Of a DNA stretch of 64,000 nt, positions 63,143 through 64,000 are shown piece after piece. Source of the DNA: an uncultured Chloroflexia bacterium (GTDB lineage: Bacteria > Chloroflexota > Limnocylindria > Limnocylindrales > CSP1-4); contig CAWDCJ010000012.1 in NCBI GenBank assembly GCA_963800795.1, positions 54,642 through 118,641 on the forward strand, given 5' to 3'. The position numbers and the translations under genes are program-made. The notes beneath the pieces are model-generated. The model saw only the letters and a list, made by a program, of their open reading frames with translations. It was not told where the DNA came from and searched no databases. Positions within the stretch are counted from its first letter, which is position 1. Each line of letters starts with the position of its first letter.

Positions 63143-64000
63143 ATGCTGCTCTCCGTCCGTGACCTCATGGTCCGCTTCCGAACCCACGATGGGACCGTCC
63201 ATGCCGTGAACGGCGTCTCGTTCGACCTGGAAGCGGGCGAGACGCTGGGCCTCGTCGGCGAGTCCGGCTGCGGCAAGAGCGTCACGAACCTGGCCGTGAT
63301 GCGCCTGCTCCCCAAGCCCGCCGGGCACATCGAGGGGGGTCAGGTGCTGTTCGACGACGTGGACCTGGTCCAGGCCTCGGAGGCATCCATGCGGGACCTT
63401 CGCGGCCGCGAGATCGCCATGATCTTCCAGGACCCGATGACGAGCCTGAACCCGGTCCTCACGATCGAGGAGCAGATGGTCGAGACCATCCAGGCCCACA
63501 AGCAGATCTCCACGGCGGACGCCCGGGCCCGGGCGATCGAGCTCCTCGGGCGGGTCGGGATCGCCGAGCCCGCGGGCCGGCTGCGCGACTTCCCGCACCA
63601 GTTCAGCGGGGGCATGCGGCAGCGCGTCATGATCGCCATGGCGCTCGCGCTGGAGCCCAAGCTTCTCATCGCCGACGAGCCGACGACTGCGCTCGACGTC
63701 ACGATCCAGGCGCAGGTGCTGGAGCTGCTCCAGCGGCTCACCGCCGAGGAGGAGACCGCCGTCATCCTGATCACCCACGACCTCGGCGTGGTGGCGGGGA
63801 TGACCAGCCGCATCAACGTCATGTACGCGGGCTTCGTCGTCGAGGCGGCGACGACGCCCGACCTTTTCGCGCGGCCCCGGCACCCGTACACGGTGGGGCT
63901 GCTCCACTCCCTTCCGCGCCTGGACGCGGGGTCCGACGAGCCGCTCATCCCGATCGAGGGCGTCCCGCCGGATCTCCGGCTCGCCCCGGTCGGGTGCCAG
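63143..64000 (+). CDS. dppD: Dipeptide ABC ATPase, partial (runs off the window)
   Basis: GESGCGKS, FQDPMTSLNP, FSGGMRQR, ADEPTTALD, HPYT. Confidence 0.9.
   Translation, partial: MLLSVRDLMVRFRTHDGTVHAVNGVSFDLEAGETLGLVGESGCGKSVTNLAVMRLLPKPAGHIEGGQVLFDDVDLVQASEASMRDLRGREIAMIFQDPMTSLNPVLTIEEQMVETIQAHKQISTADARARAIELLGRVGIAEPAGRLRDFPHQFSGGMRQRVMIAMALALEPKLLIADEPTTALDVTIQAQVLELLQRLTAEEETAVILITHDLGVVAGMTSRINVMYAGFVVEAATTPDLFARPRHPYTVGLLHSLPRLDAGSDEPLIPIEGVPPDLRLAPVGCQ

Overview
High-GC bacterial chromosomal window. Gene content, dcw organisation and the RNase P RNA are most consistent with Chloroflexota; this is inference, not a database result. In order, it holds: a propionyl-CoA/succinate block (biotin carrier, methylmalonyl-CoA mutase, epimerase, sucCD, sdhCDAB); an RNase HI-MBL phosphodiesterase fusion followed by rnpB; a dcw cluster (mraZ to ftsZ, yggS, yggT, DUF167) lacking murE and murC; tRNA-Val; a secreted GH25 muramidase behind a structured, c-di-AMP-riboswitch-like leader; acnA; gcvT-H-PA-PB; a bldK-ordered peptide ABC operon; an orphan solute-binding protein (SBP) with a large insertion; a ~7.7 kb array of small modifying enzymes (5 GNATs, GrpB, methyltransferase, kinase, phosphatase, DUF1028) bracketed by a deleted copy of that SBP gene's 3' end; and a second peptide ABC operon running off the window. 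Many 1-nt indels break essential genes, which points to long-read assembly error, so single-base observations need read-level checks. No CRISPR array, transposase or integrase was seen. Best novelty candidates: the variant riboswitch-like leader with an ATC start, the RNase H-PhnP fusion with a clamp-like motif next to a reduced RNase P RNA, motif-divergent FtsW/MurD/MurF, and the repeat-bracketed enzyme array.
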